DNA of 63,747 bases, the filler included, from Rhabdomonas costata (lineage: Eukaryota), in NCBI GenBank assembly GCA_019059605.1. It is 34 parts of 34 records of this genome, joined end to end, with 100 filler letters (N's around TTAATTAATTAA, not from the genome) between each part and the next. Parts side by side here need not be neighbours in the genome. Positions count along the whole stretch, not along the records: positions 61,971 to 63,747 come from JAHMHO010009213.1; 33 more parts are not named here. One strand, 5' to 3'. A model generated the notes under the pieces. The model ran no database searches. It saw only the letters and a program-made list of their open reading frames with translations, and was not told the origin of the DNA. Shown here one piece after another: positions 61,871-63,747 of the stretch. The position numbers and the translations under genes were made by a program. The stretch's first letter is position 1, and the number at the start of each line of letters is the position of its first letter.

Positions 61871-62459
61871 NNNNNNNNNNNNNNNNNNNNNNNNNNNNNN
61901 NNNNNNNNNNNNNNTTAATTAATTAANNNNNNNNNNNNNNNNNNNNNNNNNNNNNNNNNNNNNNNNNNNNCATTGTAATTACCGAAGACCTTGTTTTTCT
62001 GAAAATAGTGTCATCTCTTCCCTTGTGCCTGAGTCTCTCCTCGTTTTATAATCTCATTGGCTCGTTCAATCGGTGCTTTGACTATGGTTAGGTTTTTTTC
62101 CTTTGGTTGCTTCGGGTGGTTTGATTCTTTTAGGTATGTCGTTTGGAGCAAAAGGAATCGCTTTTTAGTTCCGCGTGACCTATGTGGCATGACGTTTTGC
62201 TCGTTTGTTTTGGTTTCTTGCACGTTCCCGATGATGGTCATCATCGGTACCGTCCCTCGGAACCGTACTAGCTTTTCTTGGTGTATGCATAGGCGCTTTC
62301 ATGAAGTGTGAGACCCCTCCCATACTGCTCTGGAATACTATGTGATTTCTTTTGAGGAAGGCGGAATGTTGCGGTTGAGAATAGGGTGGGGGGCATGTTA
62401 TTTAGCTGTTTCACATGTTATGTCGTTGTTGGCTGTTTTTTTATTCGCTCCACGCACAG

Positions 62460-63038
62460 GTTTTGCGAACCACAATAGCCAGGGACAGCCTTCGAGCGTA
62501 CTGGCTGAGCTTTACCGTCACTACCGGAGGCGACTCCGAAAAGGTATGTCTCCTTACCTCTCAATTGACCATGTTTTGGACCACCCACCAGCGTCCAGCA
62601 TAAATATGCCCCTTCTTTCCTTTTCCATGCTTGTGGTCATTGTGACTGCGGGTGAGGCTTTGTTGTGCTGTATTCATTACCCGTAGCCTTTTCAATTGCT
62701 GCAGCTGCTGGAGGATATGCTGAACAAGCAGATCAACGCCAAGGCTCGGCTGCTGTGCGATCGCGAGGCTGAAGGGGAGGACTTGGCGGAAGCCTCTGAA
62801 ATGGTATGCTGCAAAGTGCATAATCATCGCTCTCTCCTTGCATTGAGGCTAAGTAGCTCCCGCTTGCCACTTGTCCGATTTGTCAATGCAAGCCGAGTCA
62901 ATGGCAACCGGCTGCACTTGGTGGGGCTCTTTACTTTTCTTTTCTCTTTCGGTGTTCCAGGGCTCCGGAGTTTTCGGAGGTGGGGCACCCAAGCGGAAGC
63001 GGAGCAAGCGCTCTGAGGTCGAGCTTCGCAAGAAGCAG
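62460..63038 (+). CDS. Three phase-0 exons of an unknown protein with a basic NLS-like segment
   Basis: GT-AG exons 62460-62543, 62687-62803 and 62961-63038; contains PKRKRSKR. Confidence 0.6.
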
Positions 63039-63747
63039 GTTTCTTTTTTCTCCACTTCCTCTCGCTCATACATTGTTTGCGCGGAAGTGTGGGAGGATGT
63101 ATGAAAGAGCACAATGGTAAACAGCGTAAAACAGAGATAAAGTTCTCATTGCCCATGATGTTGGGTGTGCTATGTTCTATGCATTAGGTGTACCTCATTC
63201 TGACCGACAATGGTCACGATGGAAAACACTGAAGACAGGGTGACAGAAAAGGGTACCTTGCCACCGTGCATTTGCAAAGATGTTGTGTGCCTTGCGCACG
63301 TTTTGTTCTTCTGTGTGGCGGTATTGCTCCTGTTCCTGCGGGGATAGGTACTGGTCCTCCGGCAGGAGATCAACAAGCACCTCATAAAGCAAACTGTCAA
63401 CGGCCTTTCCTCCGCCACCCAGGTGAGCGTCCGCCCGGCCCCACCCCCCTCCACTCTCGTCGCGTGCGCGCCATAAGACAATTTCCGACCTTGCGCACAT
63501 CGTTTCTTTGTTTACATCAGCTTGCACAGGACCCCTTAGCATTCCTCTTTACTTTTGTACGGATCCTTTCGGATAATCAGCAAAAGTTGGACAACAACCT
63601 GAGGCGTATCCTTGCTCATGTGGAGTTTGCCTTTTCCACCCCACCGCCACTTTCGACTCTACTATGCTCTATGATCGTATCAATTCAGTTGCAGTGTAAA
63701 CTCTTGGAGTGGAAAGTGGCGGTGGGGTGGAAAAGGCAAACACCAAC

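Noticed and set aside
1-63747. Operon-like or gene-cluster interpretation; CRISPR arrays, rRNA, tRNA or SL RNA genes; euglenid nonconventional introns
   Set aside because: The contigs are unlinked. I saw no repeat-spacer array or recognisable RNA gene by eye. All homology-anchored introns were GT-AG, GC-AG or the single AT-AC.

Overview
This window is not one locus. It is about 34 unrelated ~1.78-kb contigs joined by 100-nt spacers (N44-TTAATTAATTAA-N44). The contig ends are G/T-rich at 5' and C/A-rich at 3', which suggests GenomePlex-type whole-genome amplification. The DNA is intron-rich, standard-code eukaryotic sequence. An articulin and a base-J glucosyltransferase homolog point to a euglenid (inference). 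Recognisable gene fragments are a CTL/PNS1-like transporter, a SOS1-like Na+/H+ antiporter, a CC1-box coiled-coil protein, eIF3i, CAF-1 p60, a Kelch-like repeat, a histidine kinase, three Ser/Thr kinases, midasin-like AAA modules, a Pcf11-like CID, an ADCY10-like STAND NTPase, a thioredoxin fold, ankyrin, JGT, articulin, an MSS51/ZMYND15-like domain and a PDZ domain. There is also a decayed Penelope-like retroelement. The top finding is a strongly supported U12-type AT-AC intron in the CAF-1 p60 gene (17505-17803, with ATATCCTTTT 5' site, TTTTCCTTAAC branch site and CAC 3' end). It implies a minor spliceosome in a lineage where, to my knowledge, none has been described. All homology calls come from manual motif recognition, not database searches.
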